Positions 27,770-36,910 of a stretch of DNA of 64,000 bases are shown one piece after another (the stretch's first letter is position 1; every line of letters begins with the position of its first letter). The notes beneath the pieces are model-generated. The model worked only from the letters and a program-made list of their open reading frames with translations, had not been told where the DNA came from and did not search any database. The translations under genes and the position numbers were made by a program. Source of the stretch: an uncultured Bacteroidales bacterium (GTDB lineage Bacteria > Bacteroidota > Bacteroidia > Bacteroidales > WCHB1-69); contig CAMVOL010000003.1 of the NCBI GenBank assembly GCA_947169105.1, positions 33,977 through 97,976 of the forward strand, written 5' to 3'.

Positions 27770-28711
27770 TTAGTTTTTAAAATATTTCTGAATTTCCATT
27801 TGAAGATATTCTATCCCTCTGAAATTTACGTGTTTGGGCGGCTTTCCGTTCTGATAGAGAATCATTCCGACCGAATCGGCGGTGATTTCAGGGGTGATGT
27901 CCAGTGTAAGGATGTCGTTTGAGAGGTAATCGGTAACCGAAACGTGGTGGAAGTTGTCGGACACGCAGCAATAGTAAAGTTTCTGATCCTCGCAGAAAGC
28001 CTCGATGTATTCGGTCTTCTCGTCCCAATCTTCCGCATGGGTCTGTTTGCCTTTGTACAAAACCACCACTTTATACTGGAGGGTGTCGGCCACATCCTGC
28101 GGATAACAATCGAAGCGGCCCATGTCGTTCACCACATATTTGTCCTTGGAGAAATCGGTGCGGGCGTAATCGTCAGTGTTGATGGTAGTGGCATCAGCGA
28201 TGGACTTTTTCCATTCATAGTACTTGTCCACGATGAAGGCGCCGTCGTCGTCACGGTGCCATGTCCACTCCTCGCGTTCGAGGGTGTTGCTGTCTTCCCG
28301 CGCGAGGTCGAGGCCGATGGGAACTGCATCAAGAATGCGCTGCGTCCCCGAGCCGGAGGTGATGACCAAGTAGGTCCATTCGCGGTTCTTCGACTGCACC
28401 AGCCACAGTTCACGACCTTGCGGCATCCTTTCGATACCTATCAATCCCCACTCGTCAGGAAGGGAAACGTGCATTGTCACCTGCGTGCCATCGTAGTTGT
28501 CACCGCCCAAAATCAGGTTTTTGACGAAATCCTCCGACAAATCGTAGAGGGGGTACTCGCTGTCCATTGAATAATCGTCCGAAATCGTGATGACCGGATA
28601 TTGGACGGCCGTTGGAGTCTGCTGTACAGGACGTTCCTTCTTGGAACCGCATCCAGCAAGAAACGCCAACAACAATCCGACAGACAAACAAAAACAACCT
28701 GATTTGCTCAT
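27770..28711 (-). CDS. Hypothetical lipoprotein
   Basis: Likely start MSKSG at 28711, lipobox LAGC, own -7 box at 28737-28744. Confidence 0.8.
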   Translation of the reverse strand: MSKSGCFCLSVGLLLAFLAGCGSKKERPVQQTPTAVQYPVITISDDYSMDSEYPLYDLSEDFVKNLILGGDNYDGTQVTMHVSLPDEWGLIGIERMPQGRELWLVQSKNREWTYLVITSGSGTQRILDAVPIGLDLAREDSNTLEREEWTWHRDDDGAFIVDKYYEWKKSIADATTINTDDYARTDFSKDKYVVNDMGRFDCYPQDVADTLQYKVVVLYKGKQTHAEDWDEKTEYIEAFCEDQKLYYCCVSDNFHHVSVTDYLSNDILTLDITPEITADSVGMILYQNGKPPKHVNFRGIEYLQMEIQKYFKN

Positions 28712-28736
28712 ATTTATTAATCCATTAAAAGCGGGG

Positions 28737-28744
28737 CAAAGGTA
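28737..28744 (-). promoter_or_regulatory. -7 promoter box (TACCTTTG)
   Basis: GTACCTTTGCCCCGC on the minus strand, just after the dxs stop. Confidence 0.7.
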
Positions 28745-28747
28745 CAA

Positions 28748-30658
28748 CTATTTATTTAGATTTGACCATACGGAACGAACCTTTTCCACAAGGGATTCCG
28801 TATCGAAATGAAGTTCTTTATAAAGCGATTCCATATCCCCATGCTCCACGAAGCGTCCATTGACGGCGACGGGGAAAATCGGGTGTGGATAACTGTTTTC
28901 GGAAAAATACTCAGAAACGGCTGAAAAGAGACCGCCTTGCTGGATGCCGTCTTCTACCGTTATTATAACATTGTGATTTTCAGCAATTTCTTTTAAAATA
29001 TCCGTATCCAACGGCGCAAGATAGCGCATATCGACGTGGGTGGGACGGATGCCCTCCTTTTCCAAAATCCGCAACGCATCCTGAACGTGATTGCCGAGAG
29101 GCCCGATGGAAAGAACAGCCACTTTCTCCCCTTCCGTAAGCATTCTTGCTTTTCCTATTGGCACTTCTTGGAACGGCAGCTGCCACTCTTGCAATACGCC
29201 CCTGCCCCGCGGATAACGGATGGCAAAGGGTATATCTCTGTGAGTATAAGCGGTGTACATCAAATTACGGAGGTCGGCCTCGTTTATCGGGGAGGCGATG
29301 ACGAGGTTTGGTACCGCCCGTAGGAAAGCAAGGTCAAAAAGACCCTGATGGGTCGCTCCGTCCTCCCCGACGATACCCGCACGGTCGATACAGAGGATGA
29401 CGGGCATCTTCTGCAACGCCACATCGTGGATAATTTGGTCGTAGGCACGCTGGAGGAACGAGGAGTAGATGTTGCAGAAAGGCACCATCCCTTGCGAGGC
29501 GAGACCGGCGGCGAAAGTGACGGCGTGCTGTTCGGCAATGCCGACATCAAAGACCCTCTCCGGTAGTACTTTACGCATAATGGTCAAGGAACAGCCAGGA
29601 GCCATAGCGGGCGTGATACCCACCACCTTTTCGTCCTGGCGGGCCAGTTCGAGGATGGTTTCTCCGAAAACATCCTGATATCTAATAGGTTGGCCTTCCA
29701 CATCGGGCTTAATGATTTCGCCCGTTTCGGGGTCGAAGCGACCAGGCGCGTGATAGGAAATCTGGTTTTCTTCAGCGAGATGCAACCCCTTGCCTTTCAC
29801 AGTGATAGCATGCAACAGACGCGCCCCTTGGATGGATTTGAGGTCACGGAGGGTTTTCACCAAACCGACCACATCGTGGCCATCGACGGGACCGAAGTAA
29901 CGGAAACCCAACGACTGGAAAAGGTTGCTTCCTCTTAACAGAAAGCCTTTCAGCGAGTTACCGATATTACTAAAGAATCGAACCACACGGCTTCGGCTCG
30001 GCCTTTTGCTGGTGAAAAAATTCCAAATGCGGCTTTTCGCGCGATTGTACGAAGCGGACGAGGTGATTTTCAGCAAGTAGCGGCTCATTGCCCCGACGTT
30101 CTTGTCAATGGCTATCTTGTTATCATTAAGGATAATAAGAATATTTGACTTTGTATCAACGGCGTGATTGATGGCCTCGAAAGCCATTCCGCCACCCATC
30201 GAGCCGTCGCCGATGACGGCAATGTAGTTCTTCTCGTCGTTGCCCGACAGCTGTCCGGCCACGGCCATCCCCAGAACTGCCGAAATGGAAGTGGAGGAGT
30301 GTCCCGTGCCGAAAGCGTCGTATTCGCTTTCCGACATTTTCGGGAACCCACTGATTCCATGATATTTACGATTAGTGTGGAATTGCTCCTTCCTACCTGT
30401 GAGAATCTTGTGGGCATAGGCCTGATGGCCCACATCCCAAACCAGCTTATCATTCGGAGTATCAAAGACATAATGGATGGCAACCGTCAACTCCACCGTC
30501 CCGAGACTGGAACCGAGATGCCCTGGATTTTCCGCTGTCTCGGTGATGATATAGTCGCGCAGCTCCTCACACAGGACGGGGAGCTCCGAAACCGCCAACT
30601 TTTTCAAGTCGGAAGGGTAACTGATTTTCGACAAGTATTTGTACTGACTGAGTTCCAT
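28748..30658 (-). CDS. dxs: 1-deoxy-D-xylulose-5-phosphate synthase
   Basis: Motifs GHLGSSLGTVEL, WDVGHQAYAHKILTGR, GDG...ILNDN (TPP), DVGIAEQH, DRAGIVGEDGATHQG. Confidence 0.97.
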   Translation of the reverse strand: MELSQYKYLSKISYPSDLKKLAVSELPVLCEELRDYIITETAENPGHLGSSLGTVELTVAIHYVFDTPNDKLVWDVGHQAYAHKILTGRKEQFHTNRKYHGISGFPKMSESEYDAFGTGHSSTSISAVLGMAVAGQLSGNDEKNYIAVIGDGSMGGGMAFEAINHAVDTKSNILIILNDNKIAIDKNVGAMSRYLLKITSSASYNRAKSRIWNFFTSKRPSRSRVVRFFSNIGNSLKGFLLRGSNLFQSLGFRYFGPVDGHDVVGLVKTLRDLKSIQGARLLHAITVKGKGLHLAEENQISYHAPGRFDPETGEIIKPDVEGQPIRYQDVFGETILELARQDEKVVGITPAMAPGCSLTIMRKVLPERVFDVGIAEQHAVTFAAGLASQGMVPFCNIYSSFLQRAYDQIIHDVALQKMPVILCIDRAGIVGEDGATHQGLFDLAFLRAVPNLVIASPINEADLRNLMYTAYTHRDIPFAIRYPRGRGVLQEWQLPFQEVPIGKARMLTEGEKVAVLSIGPLGNHVQDALRILEKEGIRPTHVDMRYLAPLDTDILKEIAENHNVIITVEDGIQQGGLFSAVSEYFSENSYPHPIFPVAVNGRFVEHGDMESLYKELHFDTESLVEKVRSVWSNLNK

Positions 30659-30660
30659 AA

Positions 30661-31863
30661 TCAGAGGAGGGAGCGGTAGAAATCCACTAATTTATTCGTT
30701 ATCAATTCATTGTTATGATAAAGGGAGACAAAATTACGGGCATTTTCGCCAATGATGGCACACACATCGGGCGTTCTCACACATTTTTCGATGGCGGCGA
30801 CAAACTCCTCGGGAGTATCGGCAATGAGGATATTCTTACCGTTCTCCACATCCAGACCTTCCGCCCCGATGGAGGTGGTAATCACCACCTTCCCAAGTGC
30901 CATTCCCTCAATGATTTTCACGCGGATGCCGCTGCCGGCAAGGATGGGGACAATCATAATGTCCTTCGAGAGCATGAACTCGTTGGCCGAATCCACTTCA
31001 CCTGCTATAATGACATTACGGTCATTGCGACTGCTAATTTCCGCAGGTATTTTCCGTCCGGCAATGGTGAAGGTGACTTCCGGAAATTCGGCAAGAACGG
31101 ACGGCCAGACTTCATCCAAGAACCACTCAACTCCCTCAACATTAGGCATCCAGTCCATACTGCCGATGTGGAAAAGTTCCGGTTTGTCCGAGGCCATATA
31201 GTCTTCCTCCGGCTCATAATCATCCACATCAATGCCGAACGGTATCACGGCACCGGGAACATCCGTGAAAAGTTCTTTAAAGAACTGATAATCAGGTGTT
31301 GAGATGGCAGCAAAAGCATCTATCATCTTCCCGAGGGAACATTCATAGCGTTTCATCTGGTTGGAAAAAGCCCTGATGGCCCACTTTCTAGCGGGATTTT
31401 GCTCGTTGCGTGCCATGCGCTGCCAAATCAAATGCTCGATGTTGTGCGTACGGAGGACAATCCGGGCCTGCGAATACTGCCGGATTACAGGAATATAAGG
31501 AGTGGTAAAAACTGATTCAAGGTGGACAATATCGTAATGATTGCGTTTCAGCGTCTCCGCCAATTTTGCAGCGAATGCCTTGGAATAGAAGCGTTTGACC
31601 TGATACGACTGGTGTGTCAGAAAACTTTTGAGTGCGGACGGAATTTTGATGGTGGTATCCACAAAAGCGGTTTCAATATGGGTGGCTTCGCAGTAACTAT
31701 CTGGAAGCAAGTCTTTTCTGAGGGGATGTTTGGGGGTTTCCAAAGCCATTACCTTCACCGTATGGCCCGCGTTGATCAGTCCCTGCGTGATATTGTTCAT
31801 CGCGATGGTGCCCCCGTCGGACGGGGGATAAGGAGGCTTATGACAAATTTGGAGAATTTCCAT
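30661..31863 (-). CDS. Glycosyltransferase family 4
   Basis: Motifs PYPPSDGG, HNIEH, GSMDWMPN, GSGIRVKIIEGMALG (GT-B fold). Confidence 0.9.
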   Translation of the reverse strand: MEILQICHKPPYPPSDGGTIAMNNITQGLINAGHTVKVMALETPKHPLRKDLLPDSYCEATHIETAFVDTTIKIPSALKSFLTHQSYQVKRFYSKAFAAKLAETLKRNHYDIVHLESVFTTPYIPVIRQYSQARIVLRTHNIEHLIWQRMARNEQNPARKWAIRAFSNQMKRYECSLGKMIDAFAAISTPDYQFFKELFTDVPGAVIPFGIDVDDYEPEEDYMASDKPELFHIGSMDWMPNVEGVEWFLDEVWPSVLAEFPEVTFTIAGRKIPAEISSRNDRNVIIAGEVDSANEFMLSKDIMIVPILAGSGIRVKIIEGMALGKVVITTSIGAEGLDVENGKNILIADTPEEFVAAIEKCVRTPDVCAIIGENARNFVSLYHNNELITNKLVDFYRSLL

Positions 31864-31877
31864 TTTATGGGGTTATT

Positions 31878-33365
31878 TTATTTTCTGGTAAAAAAATACT
31901 TGATTTTCTTGACAATATTGAGATACGTGTCGGGGGAAAGCACTGCCGAATCCATAGTTGCCTTGTACGTGAGGAAGATACAGATGGGCAAAATGATGAA
32001 GGTGGACAGCCACATGCCAATCCACGGCGCGATTTCGCCACTTTTGGCCATCTTTTCGCCAATGATGGAAATCACAAAATAGAAAGCAAAAAAGACGACG
32101 GTAATCACCAACGGGACACCGATTCCCCCTTTACGGATAATGGTGCCGAGCGGGGCGCCGATGAAAAAGAAGAGGAAACAGGCCAGTGCAAGGGTGAATT
32201 TCCGGTGCCATTCAATCTGATAGGAAAACAGCAAAAGGTCATCAATATCAACGATATCGAAGGCCGAGCCGCAGGTGTTCATAATCTCATTGGAACGCTG
32301 GATGGCATAATCAAGAATCTGTCTCTGTGCCGCTATGGGAAGACTTTTCATAGCTATTTCCGGTTCCGTCAGGGCCAGCGACAAATAACCGCTATCTCTA
32401 AGTAATTGTGTATTAAAAAAATAGGTCTGTTCTGAAAAACGAAGTCCTATCCGTTGCAGCCGTTGCGACCGTTCCTGTTGGATGGTGTCGATTTCTGCCG
32501 ACAGTTCACTGATGGTCATTGACTGGTTGCTGGATTTGAAGAAAGACTCGTCGGCCTTCTGCATTTCGAAGGAGGAGAGGTCCATCTTCATATACTGTTT
32601 GCTGAACTTCATAAAGAAGAGCGGATATTCTGAGCGGCGGTTGTTCTGGTTGCTGCTTTCATCCCAGAAGAAACCATCGTAAAGCGTGAAGAGGAAGTAA
32701 TGTTTGTCGGGGGTCATCATCATGGTGCCTCGTTTGGCGTATGTCATTTTCACATTGCCACGCCGTTGCGAATGGTCATAGATGATGACATCTTCAATAT
32801 TCTCATTATCAAGGTGTTTCTTTCCTACACGAATGGTAAAATCACCGAAGCCGTCATAGAAGGAACCTTCGGTGATGCTCAATGCCGGCTTCTGCTCCCG
32901 AATTTCATACAGGAGGGTCTTCATCTTCACATTGGCTATCGGTAACACATTGTTAGAGAACCAGAAAGAGAAAAGTCCTATCAGCAAGGAAAGGAAGGCA
33001 AGGGGACGCATCAGCGACGTGACAGAAATTCCCGCCGACTTCATTGCGACAATCTCGTATTTTTCGCCCAAATTGCCGAAGGTCATCAATGAGGAAAGTA
33101 GCACTGCCAGCGGTAGCGCCAACGAAAAGAAGGTGGCGGACGCGTAGAAAAGCAGCTTCAGAATGAGGTACCATTCCAACCCTTTGCCGACCAAATCATC
33201 CACATATTTCCAAAGAAACTGCATCAGGATAATGAGCAGCGACAGGAAGAAAGTGAGGATGAATGGCGGTATGAAATTCTTCACCAAATATCTGTAAATG
33301 ATTTTGGTAAAGGGAATTGGGATAAAAGAACTTCGGTGCTTTTCTCGGGGAGGTTCCACGGCCAA
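31878..33365 (-). CDS. LptF/LptG family LPS export permease (start uncertain)
   Basis: Three N-terminal and three C-terminal TM helices, LPLAVLLSSLMTFGNLGEKYEIVAMKSAG, EWHRKF...GAPLG. Confidence 0.9.
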   Translation of the reverse strand: MAVEPPREKHRSSFIPIPFTKIIYRYLVKNFIPPFILTFFLSLLIILMQFLWKYVDDLVGKGLEWYLILKLLFYASATFFSLALPLAVLLSSLMTFGNLGEKYEIVAMKSAGISVTSLMRPLAFLSLLIGLFSFWFSNNVLPIANVKMKTLLYEIREQKPALSITEGSFYDGFGDFTIRVGKKHLDNENIEDVIIYDHSQRRGNVKMTYAKRGTMMMTPDKHYFLFTLYDGFFWDESSNQNNRRSEYPLFFMKFSKQYMKMDLSSFEMQKADESFFKSSNQSMTISELSAEIDTIQQERSQRLQRIGLRFSEQTYFFNTQLLRDSGYLSLALTEPEIAMKSLPIAAQRQILDYAIQRSNEIMNTCGSAFDIVDIDDLLLFSYQIEWHRKFTLALACFLFFFIGAPLGTIIRKGGIGVPLVITVVFFAFYFVISIIGEKMAKSGEIAPWIGMWLSTFIILPICIFLTYKATMDSAVLSPDTYLNIVKKIKYFFTRK

Positions 33366-33370
33366 AGGAT

Positions 33371-34219
33371 TTAGTAATCACCCAAGGAAGTTTTGGGGAG
33401 CTGGGCCAGCGCCTTTTCAGTCTGCTCAGCATTGGGAGGTGTGCCGTGCCACTTGTGCGTACCCATCATAAAATCAACGCCCATCCCCATTTCCGTCTTC
33501 ATCACGATGACGACAGGGCGGCCGTTATGGAGTTTTTTCTTAGCTTCATTCAGAGTGGAAACCACCTCCTCCATATTGTTGCCGTCCATTTCAAGGACAA
33601 GCCAGTTGAAAGCGGTGAATTTGTCGCGCAACGAACCGAGAGGCATCACATCATCGGTGGAGCCGTCGATTTGTTTCTGGTTATAATCAACGATAGCAAT
33701 CAGATTATCAACGTGTTTCGCACCGGCAAACATATAAGCTTCCCACACTTGGCCCTCTTCCAGTTCGCCGTCGCCGCCGAGTACGAAGACCGTTTTGTCA
33801 TCCCCGTTGGCTTTCTTGGCGAGGGCGGCGCCGATGGCCACGGAGTAGCCCTGACCGAGGGAACCGGAGGCGACACGGAGACCGGGAAGATGCTCAACAG
33901 GAGTGGGGTGCCCCTGAAGGCGAGTACCCAACTTACGGAACGTAGCAAGCTCTGAAACAGGAAAATAGCCACGACGGGCCATCACGCTATAAAGCATCGG
34001 AGAGATATGACCGTTGGACAGGAAAAACATATCCTCTCCCCTACCCTCACGGGTAAAGTTTGCGGGGTCAATATCCATCACGTTGAAATACAATGCTGTA
34101 ACTAAATCCGTACAACCCAACGAACCGCCCGGATGGCCGGAGTTGGCACCACTTACCATTCGGATAATGTCCCTACGGACTTGTGCAGCAATTTCCTGCA
34201 GTTGAGCAATCGTTTTCAT
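33371..34219 (-). CDS. Transketolase, N-terminal (TPP-binding) subunit of a split enzyme
   Basis: Motifs SGHPGGSLG, LSNGH, LQGHP, GSLGQG, GDGELEEGQVWE, WHG. Only 282 aa long. Confidence 0.92.
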   Translation of the reverse strand: MKTIAQLQEIAAQVRRDIIRMVSGANSGHPGGSLGCTDLVTALYFNVMDIDPANFTREGRGEDMFFLSNGHISPMLYSVMARRGYFPVSELATFRKLGTRLQGHPTPVEHLPGLRVASGSLGQGYSVAIGAALAKKANGDDKTVFVLGGDGELEEGQVWEAYMFAGAKHVDNLIAIVDYNQKQIDGSTDDVMPLGSLRDKFTAFNWLVLEMDGNNMEEVVSTLNEAKKKLHNGRPVVIVMKTEMGMGVDFMMGTHKWHGTPPNAEQTEKALAQLPKTSLGDY

Positions 34220-34226
34220 AATTCGG

Positions 34227-34754
34227 TTATTTTATCTCTTTTACTTCCACCTGACGGGACAATTCTTCCTGCATTTGAATCATATAATAGGCACCAAGAC
34301 CCATAATTAGTTCTATATTAGGTAAATATAAGAAATCTTTGGCGACTTCCACGTACCCGCGAATTTGTCCGTCAAGGGTAAGTTTGTATTTCACGACGGG
34401 GCGGTTCTTGTCATTCAACCACGCCCATTGGTTTTTCCAAAGGTCGAAAATCGAGAAATAGTAGTTCACACCGTCCAACGAAAGGGCGCTGCGCACCGTG
34501 ATGTTGATGGGAGAATTGGTGAGGATGTTCCCTGTTTTTTCCTCCTTGATGGAAACGTATGGACGGAAAAAACCGTAACGTTCAATCAGATAGGCCCCTT
34601 TGGGTGTTTCAATACGAGCCAAAGTGCCTTCCCCATATATCAAATCAACGGAAACAAAGCAGTCGTTGCCGACGGAAATGTGGTAGTATTTCTTACCAAT
34701 ATCCGGCTTAACCAACTGGAACTCTGACAGATGTGTTTCGCAGACGGGTTTCAT
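34227..34754 (-). CDS. Hypothetical protein
   Basis: 175-aa ORF packed tightly between the HIT and transketolase genes. Confidence 0.75.
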   Translation of the reverse strand: MKPVCETHLSEFQLVKPDIGKKYYHISVGNDCFVSVDLIYGEGTLARIETPKGAYLIERYGFFRPYVSIKEEKTGNILTNSPINITVRSALSLDGVNYYFSIFDLWKNQWAWLNDKNRPVVKYKLTLDGQIRGYVEVAKDFLYLPNIELIMGLGAYYMIQMQEELSRQVEVKEIK

Positions 34755-34756
34755 GC

Positions 34757-35155
34757 TTATAATTTTACAGAAGCGGCGATTTTTTGGGCGGTTTCACGGA
34801 ATTCCTCTTCGCTGAGCTTACAGCGGGGGTTGGTGAAGTTAAGGTCACCTTCTTTGGAGATCGGCACGAGGTGGATGTGTGCGTGGGGCACTTCAAGGCC
34901 GATGACCGCCACGCCAATGCGCTGACAGGGGATATTTTCCTGAATGGCAAGGGCCACTTTTTTGGCAAAGACCATCATTCCGGCCACAGTTTCATCGTCA
35001 AGGGCGAAAATGTAGTCGTTCTGTTCCTTCGGGACGACGAGTGTGTGTCCTTTCGCCAACGGGCTGATGTCCAAAAATGCAAAATAACGGTCGTTTTCGG
35101 CGATTTTATAGCAGGGTATTTCTCCTTTGATGATTCTGGTAAACAAAGTATCCAT
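34757..35155 (-). CDS. HIT family nucleotide hydrolase
   Basis: AFLDISPLAKGHTLVVPK and the histidine triad HAHIH. Confidence 0.95.
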   Translation of the reverse strand: MDTLFTRIIKGEIPCYKIAENDRYFAFLDISPLAKGHTLVVPKEQNDYIFALDDETVAGMMVFAKKVALAIQENIPCQRIGVAVIGLEVPHAHIHLVPISKEGDLNFTNPRCKLSEEEFRETAQKIAASVKL

Positions 35156-35628
35156 TAGCGGGCAATTTTAACGATTTCAAAATTAAGGACACCGACGGGA
35201 GCCATCACTTCGGCCACTTCCCCGACTTTTTTTCCGAGAAGACCTTTGGCGATGGGCGAAGAGACGGAAATTTTGCCTTCTTTGAAGTTGGCTTCCGATT
35301 CAGGGACAATCGTGTAAACGAACTGTTGGCCGTTTTTCAAGTTCTTGATAGTCACGATGGAATAGATCAAAATCTTGGAAGTGTCCAGCTTGGATTCGTC
35401 AAGGATACGGGCATTGGCAATGAGGTTCTGCAATTTGGCAATTTTCATTTCAAGAAGGCCTTGTGCCTCTTTTGCGGAGTCATACTCGGCATTTTCCGAA
35501 AGGTCTCCTTTGTCACGGGCTTCCGCAATCATAGCGGAAATACGGGGACGTTCCACAGTTTCAAGCTGAAGAAGTTCCTCTTTCAATTGTGCCAGACCTT
35601 CGGCTGAATAGTATTGGATTTCACTCAT
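35155..35628 (-). CDS. greA: Transcription elongation factor GreA
   Basis: Motifs GDLSENAEYDSAKE and ISVSSPIAKGLLG. Confidence 0.96.
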   Translation of the reverse strand: MSEIQYYSAEGLAQLKEELLQLETVERPRISAMIAEARDKGDLSENAEYDSAKEAQGLLEMKIAKLQNLIANARILDESKLDTSKILIYSIVTIKNLKNGQQFVYTIVPESEANFKEGKISVSSPIAKGLLGKKVGEVAEVMAPVGVLNFEIVKIAR

Positions 35629-35655
35629 TTTCTTTTCTTTTTATATAAAACAATA

Positions 35656-35684
35656 CTAAAGAGGCCTATGAAAAGCCTCTTTAG
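35656..35684 (-). terminator. Hairpin, probable terminator after the PorV-family gene
   Basis: Stem CTAAAGAGGC / GCCTCTTTAG with an imperfect U-tract. Confidence 0.6.
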
Positions 35685-35712
35685 TTATAGGTTAATAATA
35701 GTCTGTTTGTTA

Positions 35713-36879
35713 TTAGAGAGCGAGTTTCAAGCTAACTGCGTGATTACCGCGCCATTGTGTAGTAAAACGGTAGGAGTAGTCAAGATAAATTTTGGCATTG
35801 CCTTTTTCTTTCTTTTGGAGCGGAATGCCGACTGTGGCACCGAGGGCGGGACCGGTGTACCAAGTGGTACGTTTGTCAGGATTGAACATTCCCGTCTCGA
35901 AGTTGTAGCCACCACGTACCATAAAGTACTGACCGAAAGCGTATTCAATACCTAGAGTGAAGATGTCGCGGGAGAATGCGTTAGCGGTAAAAGAACCTGC
36001 AAGCGTAATTCTGTGGGCAGCATCGTCACGGGTAAGAAGCTCATCCTGACGCTCTTCCTTCGTCATATCCTTATATTCCTTACCCCAGATAAGGAAGTCG
36101 TAGGAAAGACCGAGTACGAACATAGTCGGAAGCTCGTAGGAAGCGGAACGGCTCTCAAGGGTCTGTTCCCAGTCGAGGTCGTTAGCCACGGCACGGACGG
36201 CGAGACCGTCACCTTTATAGTGCATCGGGGTACCGATATTCTTCAGGGTCAGACCAATCTTGAAATTTTTGTAAGGACCTGTGAGGTACTGGACGCCGGC
36301 GTCAATGGCCCAACCTGTAGCCTTGGCATCATCCGAACCTGTTTCGGTGATGATCTTCAGAGAAACGCCACCATAGATGTAGTCGTTAAATCTCTTGGCG
36401 TAATGAATGCCCAAGTAGTTAAGTTTCGGGGAGAAAGTACCCATATTACCTTCGGGCTGCGCTTCGGTGGTCATGACAATGTCACCGAATCCCATTGTGA
36501 AGAAGGAAACACCAATAACACCGAAGTCGCGGACACGTTCCGTCTCTTTATTTTTGAACTTGAGCGCCTGTGCCAATGCAAATTGGTTGATGTTGATTCC
36601 TGCACCCGAGCCCACAAGATACTGTGTACGGGAGAAGGCTACCTCCGTCTTATTGACGAAGGACATACCACCAATATTGGAATACATGGCTTCCAATCCG
36701 CGGATTTCGGCCACACCGGCTGTCCCCCAACCGGTGGAGCGAGCCCACGGGTCGATAAGGAGATGTTGCGCACCAGACTGACCTGAACGGTCGCGGTTAC
36801 CTGCATATACGTTAACTGACAATGCTGCAAACATGCCAATTAAAGCGCAAATTATTAATGTTCTGTATGTTTTATTCAT
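35713..36879 (-). CDS. PorV/PorQ-family outer-membrane beta-barrel
   Basis: Likely start MNKTY at 36879. Signal peptide, PorV-like N-terminal motif GAQHLLIDPWARSTGWG, amphipathic beta-strands, NIG motif, C-terminal DYSY...HAVSLKLAL. Confidence 0.85.
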   Translation of the reverse strand: MNKTYRTLIICALIGMFAALSVNVYAGNRDRSGQSGAQHLLIDPWARSTGWGTAGVAEIRGLEAMYSNIGGMSFVNKTEVAFSRTQYLVGSGAGININQFALAQALKFKNKETERVRDFGVIGVSFFTMGFGDIVMTTEAQPEGNMGTFSPKLNYLGIHYAKRFNDYIYGGVSLKIITETGSDDAKATGWAIDAGVQYLTGPYKNFKIGLTLKNIGTPMHYKGDGLAVRAVANDLDWEQTLESRSASYELPTMFVLGLSYDFLIWGKEYKDMTKEERQDELLTRDDAAHRITLAGSFTANAFSRDIFTLGIEYAFGQYFMVRGGYNFETGMFNPDKRTTWYTGPALGATVGIPLQKKEKGNAKIYLDYSYRFTTQWRGNHAVSLKLAL

Positions 36880-36910
36880 AATCTTGAGTTTTAGCGAATT
36901 AATAATTACG

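Noticed and set aside
31865-32062. 65-aa minus-strand ORF overlapping the end of lptF/G
   Set aside because: It is an alternative-frame overlap with no recognisable features.
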